Below, in pieces: positions 35,168 to 45,093 of a stretch of DNA of 64,000 nucleotides. The stretch lies in IMG/VR virus record IMGVR_UViG_2061766007_000671; one strand, written 5' to 3'. A model generated the notes under the pieces. It was not told the origin of the DNA and made no database searches. It saw only the letters and a program-made list of their open reading frames with translations. A program made the position numbers and the translations under genes. The DNA is from an uncultured virus (IMG/VR IMGVR_UViG_2061766007_000671). Taxonomy: Duplodnaviria; Heunggongvirae; Uroviricota; Caudoviricetes. Numbering within the stretch: the first letter of the stretch is position 1; each line of letters begins with the position of its first letter.

Positions 35168-35941
35168 ATGGCGAATTACGCGACGATGAAGAAAGACGAA
35201 CTGGTCAAGCTGGCGGCAGAGAAAGGTCTGGAGGCCGACGGCAAGACCAAGGCAGAAATCATTGCCATGATTGAGGAATCGGAAAACGTGGCTGAACCAG
35301 CCGAAACTGCCCCGGAAAAAGTGGAAGACCCCATGCTGAAAGCCCTGCGTGAGCAGAACGAGATGCTCCAGAAGCAGATGGAACAGCTTCAGGCGCAGAT
35401 GCTTGCCATGCAGAGACCGCAGGTCATCCAGATGGCTGCGGACACCGAGCGCGTGTACTTTCTGTGGCAGGCAGACGTGGCCGACTACAACCTCGTGACC
35501 TTCGGCCCCGGCGGTATGTACGGCAGCATCACCGGCAAGACGGGAACCTTCAGCGTCCCGAAGAACGAACTGAGCCGCATCCTGAACACCCGCACAAGGG
35601 GCTATCTGGAGAAGCGGTGGCTCATTGTTCTGGACGGCCTGTCCGACGATGAGCGCGAGAGCCTGGGAGTAGCCTACAAAGAGGGAGAGATCCTTGACCG
35701 CAAGGTCTTCTCCATGATGGTGGAAATGGACAAGGACGACATCTGCGATGTCTACAAAAAGCTTTGCCCAAGCCACAAGGAAATGGTAGGAAGACGCTTC
35801 TATGAGGCGTGGCAGGCGCACAACGAAAACGTGACCCGCGAGAAGGTCATTGCCCTGCGCAACATCACCAGAGAAAAGGGACTGGAAATCAAGGCGTTCC
35901 AGACGATCCTTCAGGAAATGAACGCCGAGGAGGAAGAATAA
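35168..35941 (+). CDS. protein with N-terminal HeH/Rho-N-like domain
   Basis: MKKDELVKLAAEKGL...TKAEIIAMI. Confidence 0.7.
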   Translation: MANYATMKKDELVKLAAEKGLEADGKTKAEIIAMIEESENVAEPAETAPEKVEDPMLKALREQNEMLQKQMEQLQAQMLAMQRPQVIQMAADTERVYFLWQADVADYNLVTFGPGGMYGSITGKTGTFSVPKNELSRILNTRTRGYLEKRWLIVLDGLSDDERESLGVAYKEGEILDRKVFSMMVEMDKDDICDVYKKLCPSHKEMVGRRFYEAWQAHNENVTREKVIALRNITREKGLEIKAFQTILQEMNAEEEE

Positions 35942-36132
35942 TGGTAAGCAACACCAACATGATTATGCACTACCGGGGGCTGTCTACCGACATGAACACG
36001 AGTGCAATGCCGAGTTCCCCGCCCAACGGCAGTGACTTTCTGGAAATCGACACCGGCAAGGTATGGTATTTCGATGCCGACAGCGGTGACTGGATCGATC
36101 CCACCGCCACAGACGATGCCAATAACGGCTGA
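35941..36132 (+). CDS. small virion-associated hypothetical protein
   Basis: YRGLSTD...PNGS.FLEIDTGKVWYFD...W. Confidence 0.65.
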   Translation: MVSNTNMIMHYRGLSTDMNTSAMPSSPPNGSDFLEIDTGKVWYFDADSGDWIDPTATDDANNG

Positions 36133-36146
36133 TAAGGAGAAAAACA

Positions 36147-36575
36147 ATGAGAGAAGTCATCATTGAGGTGATCGTTCAGGTCATCGGCGCTTTGCTCATG
36201 GGCGTCATCGGCGTGGCGTTCGCCTACCTGACCAAGCTGGTTGGGAAAACCAAAGAACTTGAGCACGTTGCGTCCGCTATGGACGAGCTGGAAAGCGTCG
36301 TCACGACCGTTGTGGGCGACCTACAGCAGACGATAGTGGAAAACCTTAAAGCCGCCAGCGCGGACGGCAAGCTTTCGCAGGAAGATATTTATGACCTCGG
36401 CAAACTGCTTGTGATGAAAGTCAAGGAACAGCTCAGTAACCCCGCATCTACTACTATCCAGGCGGCGGGCATTGACATGACCGAAGCGATCCACAGCATT
36501 GCGGAAGCCTACATTGCGAGAATCAAACGGGAAACCAACTTTATCAACATTGGGGAAGCGGTTGAGGCTGAATAA
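36147..36575 (+). CDS. holin-like protein (LL-H type)
   Basis: N-terminal TM then VV..LQQT.VE.LK...DGKL. Confidence 0.6.
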   Translation: MREVIIEVIVQVIGALLMGVIGVAFAYLTKLVGKTKELEHVASAMDELESVVTTVVGDLQQTIVENLKAASADGKLSQEDIYDLGKLLVMKVKEQLSNPASTTIQAAGIDMTEAIHSIAEAYIARIKRETNFINIGEAVEAE

Positions 36576-36616
36576 GCCTCCCCTTCCCGCCATTACATAA
36601 ATTGGAGGACGCAGAC

Positions 36617-36919
36617 ATGGCGCTGTCACTTGAAGAACAGGCGATCACACTCAAAGAGGTGGAGGAGCGCAGTAAAGGCAACGCCCGCCGCATCGAAAGC
36701 CTTGAAAAAAAGGTGGACGATCTGGCCGATGTTGTCGGCGTCCTCCAAGCTATGAAGAAGGATTTGGAGTATCTGACCAAATCCGTAAACGAAACGAGCG
36801 CCGACGTAAAGGAACTCAAGGAGAAGCCAGCGAAGCGGTGGGAAGCCCTTGTGGAGAAGATACTCTGGGGCGTGGTCGGCGCGGTGCTCACATTCATTCT
36901 CGCTAAAGGCGGACTTTAA
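36617..36919 (+). CDS. XhlA-like coiled-coil membrane protein
   Basis: RSKGNARRIESLE coiled coil with C-terminal TM. Confidence 0.6.
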   Translation: MALSLEEQAITLKEVEERSKGNARRIESLEKKVDDLADVVGVLQAMKKDLEYLTKSVNETSADVKELKEKPAKRWEALVEKILWGVVGAVLTFILAKGGL

Positions 36920-36970
36920 GTTTTACTAAGTTTCACCGAATCGGTGAAACGCCTATCATCAATGAAACGT

Positions 36971-37044
36971 ACCGATCTGGTGTAATGGCAGCACACGGGA
37001 CTTTGACTCTTGCGGTGGTGGTTCGAGTCCAGCGGTCGGTGCCA
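36971..37044 (+). tRNA. tRNA-Gln(TTG)
   Basis: Cloverleaf ACCGATC/GGTCGGT, loop CTTTGAC, CCA; G-G mismatch in T stem. Confidence 0.85.
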
Positions 37045-37064
37045 AATAAAAAGAAGGTGACACA

Positions 37065-37400
37065 ATGACAATTGAGAGAGGAACGACTCAGGAAGTTACC
37101 ATCACGATCAAAGGGTGGAATCTGACCGGGTGTGATATATATGTCACTTTCAAGCAAGGCGCGAGAAAAGTAACAAGGAATACGATGGACAGCGTGACCT
37201 ACGCCAACAACGCCACGAAAATCGTGCTGACGCTGACGCAGCAGGAGACGCTGACCTTTGAAGATAAAAAGTCGGGACTTGTTCAGGTGCGCTGGGTTGA
37301 CGCTTCCGGCGATGCCCACAAGACGCAGACGGCAAGGTTCGATGTCGATGAACTACTGTACGAGGCAGTGCTCACGAAGGAAGCGGATGACAATGGCTAA
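37065..37400 (+). CDS. BppU-like structural protein
   Basis: RGTT...YVTFKQ...LTQQETL...QVRW. Confidence 0.6.
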   Translation: MTIERGTTQEVTITIKGWNLTGCDIYVTFKQGARKVTRNTMDSVTYANNATKIVLTLTQQETLTFEDKKSGLVQVRWVDASGDAHKTQTARFDVDELLYEAVLTKEADDNG

Positions 37401-37653
37401 CCATATCGACATCAGAACAGGAGAGCCTGCGGAAATCACGCTGACAACGCCGCGAAAGCAAAGCATAACGATGGAAGTCAGCGGCGGCGTGAGCGGAGAC
37501 CCTTACGAGGGGCCGTATGAGGTTACTCCCAATGAAGAAACACAGGTACTTCGGACGGCTCAGAAAGTTACACAGAGAAACGTCGTTGTAAACCCGATCC
37601 CGTCCAACTACGGACGAATTGCCCGAGTGGGCGCAAGACTGAGAGTGTTTTAA
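37393..37653 (+). CDS. fibre-associated structural protein
   Basis: YEGPYEVTP...Q.L.T...NVVVNPIP. Confidence 0.6.
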   Translation: MANHIDIRTGEPAEITLTTPRKQSITMEVSGGVSGDPYEGPYEVTPNEETQVLRTAQKVTQRNVVVNPIPSNYGRIARVGARLRVF

Positions 37654-37667
37654 GGAGAGATAAGAAC

Positions 37668-38330
37668 ATGGCGAAAAATGTAGTTATCCGCGACGTGGTG
37701 TACCAGGACGTACCTTCCGTCGTGATTCCCCTGTCCGGCTCGTCCGGGGAAGCGGAGTTTGTTGATACGTCCGATGCCACGCTTAATAATGCTGCGCATC
37801 TCCCCTCTGGCGAGAGCGCCTACGCCAACGGCGTAAAGTATGAGGGTACGGCGGCTGAGAATGATTCTTCCGACCTTACCGTAAGCGGAGCAACCGTGAC
37901 CGCCCCCGCAGGCTATTATTCCTCTTCTGCGTCGAAGAGCGTTGCCAGCGGCTCCGCAACGGCACCGGCTACGATTTCCGGCACGTCGGCGACAGTCAGC
38001 ACGGGGACGAACACCCTGACGCTGTCAAAGAGCGTGTCCGTTACGCCCGAGGTTTCCGCCGGTTACGTTTCTTCCGGCACGGCGGGAACAAGCTCCGTGT
38101 CCCTGACCGCCAGCGTGACCACAAAAGCGGCTGCCACCATCACTCCCGGCACGAGTGCGCAGGAAATTGCTGCGGGGACGTATCTGACCGGGAAGCAGAC
38201 GATTGCTGGTGATGCCAACCTCGTCGCCGCCAACATCGTATCGGGAAAGAGCATCTTCAATGTGGCCGGAACCGCCAAGATCCCGGTCATCTCTCAGGAC
38301 AGCACGACTAAGGTCTTGTCCATCTCGTAA
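37668..38330 (+). CDS. Ser/Thr-rich fibre protein 1
   Basis: DTSDAT, APAGYY, AAGTYLTG.QTI.GDANL...NI fibre repeats. Confidence 0.7.
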   Translation: MAKNVVIRDVVYQDVPSVVIPLSGSSGEAEFVDTSDATLNNAAHLPSGESAYANGVKYEGTAAENDSSDLTVSGATVTAPAGYYSSSASKSVASGSATAPATISGTSATVSTGTNTLTLSKSVSVTPEVSAGYVSSGTAGTSSVSLTASVTTKAAATITPGTSAQEIAAGTYLTGKQTIAGDANLVAANIVSGKSIFNVAGTAKIPVISQDSTTKVLSIS

Positions 38331-38342
38331 GGAGGTGGGCGT

Positions 38343-39245
38343 ATGGCTAACCCCAGCATTTCCCTTTGGGGTGCGACATATTCCGCTGTCCCCGGAGTAA
38401 CTCTGCCGACCAGCGGTGGGGGCGAGGCGACTTTCCAATGGGTAGAAGGAAGCCAGACGATATCCGAAAACGGCACCTACGATGTCACGGCGTTGGAAGA
38501 GGTCGTGGTGAGCGTCAGCGGGGGCGGCACACCCGCCATCTCCGTGGTGGACACCACGGACTCCCACGGCGGTACGATCCGAACCATCACCGCGCTGAAC
38601 ATCTCCGACTCCACGCTCACAACAGCCGACCAGCTTGCGCAGGGCGTGACCGCCTACAATAAAAACGGCGTAAAGCTGACAGGCACCGGCAGTGGCGGTG
38701 GCGGCGCAACCGAGCACACGATTCATCTTGAATTTACGGACAGCACCGACACGGACATCGAGGTAGACTATGACGATTCTCTGATAGGCACAATGCTTAC
38801 AGCCTATAGCCCCGGCACATGGATGTACAACAATAAGCAAGTATCAGAGGCTCAGTTGGACGGCGTGACATGGTATACGGCTACGATAATCCCGCTCAAT
38901 ACTCAGCTTGTTAACTATACAACTTGTTCCTCTGGTTATGCTATCGGCGAAGAGGCTGAAGTGTTCGAGCAGGAATGGTCGTATGTAACCGATTATATCC
39001 CTGTTGACCCAAGCATGACGTTTAGTTACAAGGCTTATTTATGGTTCTATATCGGGTTTTATGATGAATCGCATAATCCTCTGAGTGCGCTCTACGTTTA
39101 CTCTGACGGTACACCAGACCCTACCTATAACAATACTGGTTACGGTACTTTGAGTGGCGTCAAAATTCCATCGACCGCACGGTTTGTGCGGTTGTGTGGT
39201 GAAGGTGTAGGAAGCGACTGGATCTCGCTGATTCGGACGGCATGA
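38343..39245 (+). CDS. fibre protein 2
   Basis: ENGTYDVT; poly-Gly hinge; distinct C-terminal domain. Confidence 0.7.
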   Translation: MANPSISLWGATYSAVPGVTLPTSGGGEATFQWVEGSQTISENGTYDVTALEEVVVSVSGGGTPAISVVDTTDSHGGTIRTITALNISDSTLTTADQLAQGVTAYNKNGVKLTGTGSGGGGATEHTIHLEFTDSTDTDIEVDYDDSLIGTMLTAYSPGTWMYNNKQVSEAQLDGVTWYTATIIPLNTQLVNYTTCSSGYAIGEEAEVFEQEWSYVTDYIPVDPSMTFSYKAYLWFYIGFYDESHNPLSALYVYSDGTPDPTYNNTGYGTLSGVKIPSTARFVRLCGEGVGSDWISLIRTA

Positions 39246-39258
39246 GGAGGGGGACAAT

Positions 39259-40221
39259 ATGGCGATAAGCAAAATCATTTACAAGTCATCCTCTTCGGCG
39301 CAGGGTGAGACGTGGATGGACTTGACCCAGGACACCGTTTCCGACGCAAGCCATATCCGCAACAGCTATGTTGGACACCTGAACGACGGGACATCCGCCA
39401 CCGGCACATACAGCGGCGGAAGCCCAAGCCTGCAAGCGAAAACGAACGTCGCCCCCACCACGTCGAGCCAGACGATAACCGCTGATACGGGGTACGACGG
39501 TCTGAGTTCCGTGCAGATAAACGCCATGCCGTCCGGGACGGCGGGTACTCCGACCGCAACAAAAGGAACGGTAAGCAACCACTCCGTTTCGGTCACACCG
39601 TCCGTAACGAACACCACGGGCTATATCACCGGGGGAACCAAAAGCGGCACGGCAGTCACGGTGTCCGCTTCGGAACTGGTAAGCGGTTCTGAAACCAAAA
39701 CCGCAAATGGGACATACGACGTGACCAACCTGGCAAGCCTTGTGGTCAACGTCAGCGGTAGTGGTGGGCTTACGTTGATACAGACAACGAGCCTTGGCTC
39801 TCTGTCAACATCGTCCACATCTGCCACGGACACGGGGAAGACAGTTTCCCTCGCATCCTCAACAAACTGGGATGACTATGACCTACTGTTAGTGGATATC
39901 AGCGTGGACACCAAGACCAATGGCAGACACACATCTACCGTATCGTTCGTCATCCTTACAGGCACAAGCAACGTCACTACGAAGAACACCTATACAGTCG
40001 GTGGCAACAAGTGGAACAGCAAACTGGGATCAACTGGGACGGCATCCACACGGCAAAGCACCTCAGCATATGGTGTGTATATCAACGCCGCGAGTGCATC
40101 AAGCAATACGCTGACTCTGACGGTGTATTACCGATACAACAACAACAGTACAGGCACTCTCAATGGCACATACACTGCACGGGTGTACGGAGTCAAGCTG
40201 ATCGACATGATAGGCGGTTAA
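39259..40221 (+). CDS. Ser/Thr-rich fibre protein 3
   Basis: ADTGYDGLSSV, ANGTYDVT repeats. Confidence 0.7.
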   Translation: MAISKIIYKSSSSAQGETWMDLTQDTVSDASHIRNSYVGHLNDGTSATGTYSGGSPSLQAKTNVAPTTSSQTITADTGYDGLSSVQINAMPSGTAGTPTATKGTVSNHSVSVTPSVTNTTGYITGGTKSGTAVTVSASELVSGSETKTANGTYDVTNLASLVVNVSGSGGLTLIQTTSLGSLSTSSTSATDTGKTVSLASSTNWDDYDLLLVDISVDTKTNGRHTSTVSFVILTGTSNVTTKNTYTVGGNKWNSKLGSTGTASTRQSTSAYGVYINAASASSNTLTLTVYYRYNNNSTGTLNGTYTARVYGVKLIDMIGG

Positions 40222-40238
40222 GAAAGGAATGATTCCCT

Positions 40239-40937
40239 ATGGGGACAACATTTGAACAGATTGAGTGCGCCGCAATGACGTACATCAAGAACGATTTGTC
40301 CCTCGACTGGGACTTGCAGAACCGTCTGCCGGTATTCTACCGGCGGATGTGGAACTATATGCAGGCGGCCATCCCCCTGTTCAACAAGCCGCCGACGATG
40401 ATGACGAGGCTTCATAGAATAACAGCGCCGGAATACTCCGACGTTCTGTTCACCGTATCGGAACTGAGTGCAGACACCACAGTCACCGTGGAAACTGAGA
40501 TTACGGAGATGGATCTATGTTCCGCCGGTATCGTTACAGAGGACGAGTTTGGCAATCCGCAGTATCTGCCTTTGACCGTGGACAGCTACGACGCAGAGAC
40601 AGGCACCGTGATTATCTCCGGCGCTGTCACTATCGGGGACGAAATAGATATTGATTTCTACAAGTCCGGCTCTTTCGACGCCGAACTGAACGCGACTGAA
40701 TGCGACATCCTTGCGTTTTGCATCTACGACGTGTGGGAGCATAGGTTTGACAACAACGCATTGGAGAGGGCTTCCAAGATTCGTGACGCGAACTTCACGA
40801 CCATCTCTGAGGCAAGCCAGACGAACGCGGGAACTGACAGGCAGACAGCGGTTGACCGACAGCTTTTCGACAAGCTGCGGATGTACGAGCAAAATGCGGC
40901 GTACATGAAAACCGTTGCAAATGCTCCCCTCTTTTGA
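40239..40937 (+). CDS. probable head-tail adaptor
   Basis: Position; MGTTF..I start. Confidence 0.55.
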   Translation: MGTTFEQIECAAMTYIKNDLSLDWDLQNRLPVFYRRMWNYMQAAIPLFNKPPTMMTRLHRITAPEYSDVLFTVSELSADTTVTVETEITEMDLCSAGIVTEDEFGNPQYLPLTVDSYDAETGTVIISGAVTIGDEIDIDFYKSGSFDAELNATECDILAFCIYDVWEHRFDNNALERASKIRDANFTTISEASQTNAGTDRQTAVDRQLFDKLRMYEQNAAYMKTVANAPLF

Positions 40938-40949
40938 CAACGAAAGGAC

Positions 40950-42275
40950 GTGAGTGCTACGGCTGATATTGCGAAAATGGCGAGAACCGCCGGAACACTC
41001 TGCGGCGGAATGCCGAGGGGGAAATCCAACCGGGCCTATAACGACGGAAGCCTGCAAACTCAGTATTTCCAGAACGAGACGCAGGCGTACACGCAGCAGA
41101 TGGGACCGTATGCGTCCAACGTATACACCGCCGAATGTCAGGGATTGAACCCGGATAAATTCTACGACTGGCAGACAGTACAGATCCGCTCCATCCGGGC
41201 GGCGCAGGCACAGACAGGCGAAACAATGCCGGATGACTGGCAGCGCATCTACCTTATCAATCCCGCAAGGTATACCTACATTCCGCAGGGTGCCATGCTC
41301 AAGTACGCGGACAACACTTGGATCGTGTACAAAGGGAAAAACATGGAAGCCATCCTCGGTGCGGCCATTGTTCGCCGGTGCAATGCCGTCATCAATGTTC
41401 TGGACTGGTATGGCAACATCGTCCATGTGCCGATGTCCTACTCCAAAATGGGAACGCTCGGAAACGCGACACACGCCACCGAGAACACCATTACGTCCAA
41501 GAACTATATCGCCTGCATCTGCCAGCTCAATGAATACAGCAGACAATTCTATGAGAACACGCGGATCATTTTGGGGAACACGGCCTACGCCATGAGAGGT
41601 CTGGATGATTTCACCCGCGAGTTCACCGACGATCCCGACAGCGTTCATCTGATGACGTTCACCATCGAGCGAGTGGAAGTCCAACCGTTCGACAACGTGG
41701 AACTGGGAGTTGCGGACTACGAAGGGTTCTCCTGGAATCTGATGGTAGATTACAACAATTCCATGCGGCAGGGCATGACGCAGCAACTGAGCGTCAAGAG
41801 CAAGCGAAATAATATGGATGTGGAAAGCAGCGAGTCCCATCCGGTGTCGTACTCTTTTGAGTCCAGCGAAGAATCTGTGCTGACGGTAGATGAAACGGGG
41901 CTTTTGACGGCGGTGGGCGAAGGTGACGCAGAGATCACGGTTACTCTCGACCAGAACCCCAACGTCACGCAGACGGTACTCATTCATGTTCCGGCTGCTG
42001 AGAACGCTTATGTGGCGTTTACGAGCACAATCCCCGCAAAACTTCACGAATCTGAGGTGATTACTCTTTCCGCCGCATGGTTCGAGAACGGACAAGCCAC
42101 GCAGAATACGGTGAACATCACGTTTACTGGGCCGGAAGACGGCGTGTTTTCCGCCGAACAAACCGGAACAAATACATACACGCTGACGACGTATCACGCC
42201 TCGCCGATCCCTCTTGTCATTACGGCGAGCTACGGAGATTACACGGCAACGGCGCGTGTTTTCATCACAACATAA
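40950..42275 (+). CDS. probable head closure protein with Ig-like (Big_2) domain
   Basis: FESSEESVLTVDETGLLTAVGEGDAEITV. Confidence 0.6.
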   Translation: MSATADIAKMARTAGTLCGGMPRGKSNRAYNDGSLQTQYFQNETQAYTQQMGPYASNVYTAECQGLNPDKFYDWQTVQIRSIRAAQAQTGETMPDDWQRIYLINPARYTYIPQGAMLKYADNTWIVYKGKNMEAILGAAIVRRCNAVINVLDWYGNIVHVPMSYSKMGTLGNATHATENTITSKNYIACICQLNEYSRQFYENTRIILGNTAYAMRGLDDFTREFTDDPDSVHLMTFTIERVEVQPFDNVELGVADYEGFSWNLMVDYNNSMRQGMTQQLSVKSKRNNMDVESSESHPVSYSFESSEESVLTVDETGLLTAVGEGDAEITVTLDQNPNVTQTVLIHVPAAENAYVAFTSTIPAKLHESEVITLSAAWFENGQATQNTVNITFTGPEDGVFSAEQTGTNTYTLTTYHASPIPLVITASYGDYTATARVFITT

Positions 42276-42360
42276 CAAAAAAACGGAATCATTTGTGGGT
42301 ACAGCTTCGCGTTATATGGCCGGGGTGGGAGCCAGCGTCGCAGAGAGGAACATATTGCCT

Positions 42361-43422
42361 ATGACGATAAGTCTGGAAGTCAAACGCAAGTGTGTTGAAA
42401 TGAAGCGCGAGGGAAAGACATCGACCGAGATTTATCGGGATTATTTCTCCACCGTGCATGAGGGAATGTCTTATCCGACATTCAAAGCAAAGCTAAAACA
42501 TTGGGCAAAACAGGCTTTTGCCGACCCCGAAACGCTGAAAAGCGGCACATATCCAGGATTTGTCGCCCACGGAGCGACGGTCCAGGTCAACGGAAAAGGG
42601 GAAATCGTTCAGGTGTGGGTCAAGGAGCACACCGATGACAACCAAATGGCGCAGCTCCTTGAAACTATCGGCAAAAACACAACGCCAATTCTGATTGAGC
42701 GCACAGAAGTTGCCGATACAGAACCGGAGATGCTGGAAATCCCCCTGTTTGACCAGCATTTCCCGCAAAACGACCACATCAACACGTTTATTGAACTGTC
42801 AAAAATCGTGGAAGCGCGGTCGTGGGACGAGATCGACGTGATTATCGGGCAAGATATGCTGCACAACGATGACATGAGGGGGCGCACCGCGTCCGGCACT
42901 CCCATCGAAAAAGTGGACATCGTGAAAGGTTGGGAGCTGGCGCGGATCTTCTACACTTCCCTGCTGAAATGCTGTCTGGAGCACACAAATAGGCTGAAAA
43001 TCACCTATTCCAAAGGGAATCACGACGAGAGCCTGACATGGGCGTTCATCCAAATGCTCAAATCCATGTTTCCACAGGCGGAATTTGACGATTCTCTGCG
43101 GCAGCGCAAGTGCATTTTCTGGAACGGATGCTTCATTGGCATCACCCACGGCGCTTATAAAAAATCCTCTATGGAGGATATGCGCGGGCAGTTTACAATC
43201 CAGTTCCCGGTGGAATTTGCCTCCGCAAAGGTCCGGGAAATCCATGCGGGGCACCTTCACCGCGAGGAAGAGCGGGACATTTACGGCGTTATGCTCCGAA
43301 GATTGAGCAGAAAAGGCGTCGAGGACGAGTGGACGGACGACGAAGGATTCGTCGGAGCCAACAAGCGGTTCATGGTTTTTCGGTGGAAACCCGGAAGACT
43401 GGCCGCAATCGAATACGTTTGA
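42361..43422 (+). CDS. calcineurin-like metallophosphoesterase with N-terminal extension
   Basis: DQH, GQD, GNHD, THG and GHLH motifs. Confidence 0.8.
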   Translation: MTISLEVKRKCVEMKREGKTSTEIYRDYFSTVHEGMSYPTFKAKLKHWAKQAFADPETLKSGTYPGFVAHGATVQVNGKGEIVQVWVKEHTDDNQMAQLLETIGKNTTPILIERTEVADTEPEMLEIPLFDQHFPQNDHINTFIELSKIVEARSWDEIDVIIGQDMLHNDDMRGRTASGTPIEKVDIVKGWELARIFYTSLLKCCLEHTNRLKITYSKGNHDESLTWAFIQMLKSMFPQAEFDDSLRQRKCIFWNGCFIGITHGAYKKSSMEDMRGQFTIQFPVEFASAKVREIHAGHLHREEERDIYGVMLRRLSRKGVEDEWTDDEGFVGANKRFMVFRWKPGRLAAIEYV

Positions 43423-43433
43423 GGATACGAAAA

Positions 43434-43727
43434 ATGGAATGTCGCTATGCCTACATGAAGCAGCACATTGACTATGTGCTGTGCAAAAAAGAACCTGAAC
43501 CCACAAGATACGACCGAGAGAAGCTGTTTCACGCCGTCTGCGCCCATCAGGTGCATTGCCCGCGTGAAAACTGCCACAAGCTTTCTTCCGGGTGGGAGAA
43601 ATGCACGAAGCTGAGAGAAGCCCCCAAAACGGCCTATGAGGATATTTTCCCCGACATGATCCAAGACCCGGACGAGGCATTCAAACCCACCAGAAAGAGC
43701 CGCAGGAAAGCCAAAACGGAAGAATAA
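43434..43727 (+). CDS. Cys/His-rich hypothetical protein
   Basis: GAGG RBS; CAHQVHC...C...C. Confidence 0.6.
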   Translation: MECRYAYMKQHIDYVLCKKEPEPTRYDREKLFHAVCAHQVHCPRENCHKLSSGWEKCTKLREAPKTAYEDIFPDMIQDPDEAFKPTRKSRRKAKTEE

Positions 43728-43767
43728 TCCGTTATCATATATTATACAGCCGAAGGGAGAAAGTTAG

Positions 43768-44334
43768 ATGGCTGACTATGCCGTTGAGATCACAGAGCAG
43801 GACGTTCTGAACGCCGCCGCGTATGTCAATATTTCGATCAAGGAAAGGTACGCGAGAGCCGTGGCGTTCTGCTGCCTGGAACCGGTAGAGGTAAAGTACG
43901 AAGAGGACACGTTCCCTACCATGTTCCGGGAAAACAAGAAAATCAAGGCGCAATACCTCATGGGAATGCTTGCCACGCTTCTGCGCAAGGAGTTTTCCTC
44001 TCAAAAGCTGGCGTCCGGCGAGGAACTTTCTGGGTGCATGGACGAGCCGGAATACGACGCATGGGCCGCAAGCCATGTCATGAACCAGATGGAGCGCCTG
44101 AAAAAGTGCGGCAAGCCGGAGGTCGTGAACAAGCTGTTCGACCTGCTCTACGACTACAAGGCATTCGAGATGATGCTGACCGGAGCGATCAAGGACGAAC
44201 TGGAAGTGAGAAACGACCCCTTCAACCGCACTATGCAGTGGTTTTCCATGTCGGCAGCAGACGCTGCCGTAAAGGAACTCGTCAGCGAAGAGATCATAAA
44301 GGCCATTACGAATACAAAGGGTGACGCAAAGTGA
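43768..44334 (+). CDS. hypothetical tail-module protein
   Basis: RBS; operon position. Confidence 0.65.
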   Translation: MADYAVEITEQDVLNAAAYVNISIKERYARAVAFCCLEPVEVKYEEDTFPTMFRENKKIKAQYLMGMLATLLRKEFSSQKLASGEELSGCMDEPEYDAWAASHVMNQMERLKKCGKPEVVNKLFDLLYDYKAFEMMLTGAIKDELEVRNDPFNRTMQWFSMSAADAAVKELVSEEIIKAITNTKGDAK

Positions 44335-45011
44335 GCGATTTCTGGACAGGGATGGAGCCATCCCACTCCTCCCCTTACTGGCCTTACCGCAAGGTGGTCG
44401 ATGCCGACACACTGGCCGGAATGGAGCAGATGCCGTACATCATCTGCCGGTATCTGATGGATCTGCCCGACGGCACCGGCTATGTACCGCCCACGGACAA
44501 CAGTTTCCCGCGTGTTCGGCTGAAAAAGCTCCTGTACTATGATGGGCCACTGCCGTTGAACGAGCCTTGCCCAACGCCGGAACAGATGCGAAGACTGTTT
44601 TTCGACCCGGAGAACCCGGACAATCCGCCGGACCAGGACAGAGGCTATCGGCTCTTTCCGCAAAACATGGTCGAGCAAAGCTTCGCCAAAAGCAAGTCCA
44701 TCGTGCGTGTATACATGGGTGACGCGAACACTCTGGAGATGAGCGGAGCTTTCATCACAAGGCAGTATGTGATGTTTGACATCCTGTGCAATGCCTCCAT
44801 AGAGAGCAACACGGGCATGACCGCATCCAGCCGAAGCTACGACATCCTTCAGGCGATTAAGGAAGCAACGGCGGGTATAAGCTTTGGAGGTGTGGGGCCA
44901 ATGATGGCCGGACGCATTACCCACATCGATGACGAGCGATTTAACCTCGGATTCAAGCTCTACACCTACATCGACTGGAACGCCGACGCTCCGAATCCCA
45001 ACTTCTCCTAA
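44331..45011 (+). CDS. probable tail terminator/completion protein
   Basis: Position; LKKLLYY...FDIL...R...I pattern. Confidence 0.5.
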   Translation: MSDFWTGMEPSHSSPYWPYRKVVDADTLAGMEQMPYIICRYLMDLPDGTGYVPPTDNSFPRVRLKKLLYYDGPLPLNEPCPTPEQMRRLFFDPENPDNPPDQDRGYRLFPQNMVEQSFAKSKSIVRVYMGDANTLEMSGAFITRQYVMFDILCNASIESNTGMTASSRSYDILQAIKEATAGISFGGVGPMMAGRITHIDDERFNLGFKLYTYIDWNADAPNPNFS

Positions 45012-45093
45012 CACTTTTCATACAAATATACTTCTATAAAAACGCACTTTTCGTATCATCATGTTTTCGTCAAACAAGCCGAAGGAGATTTAG

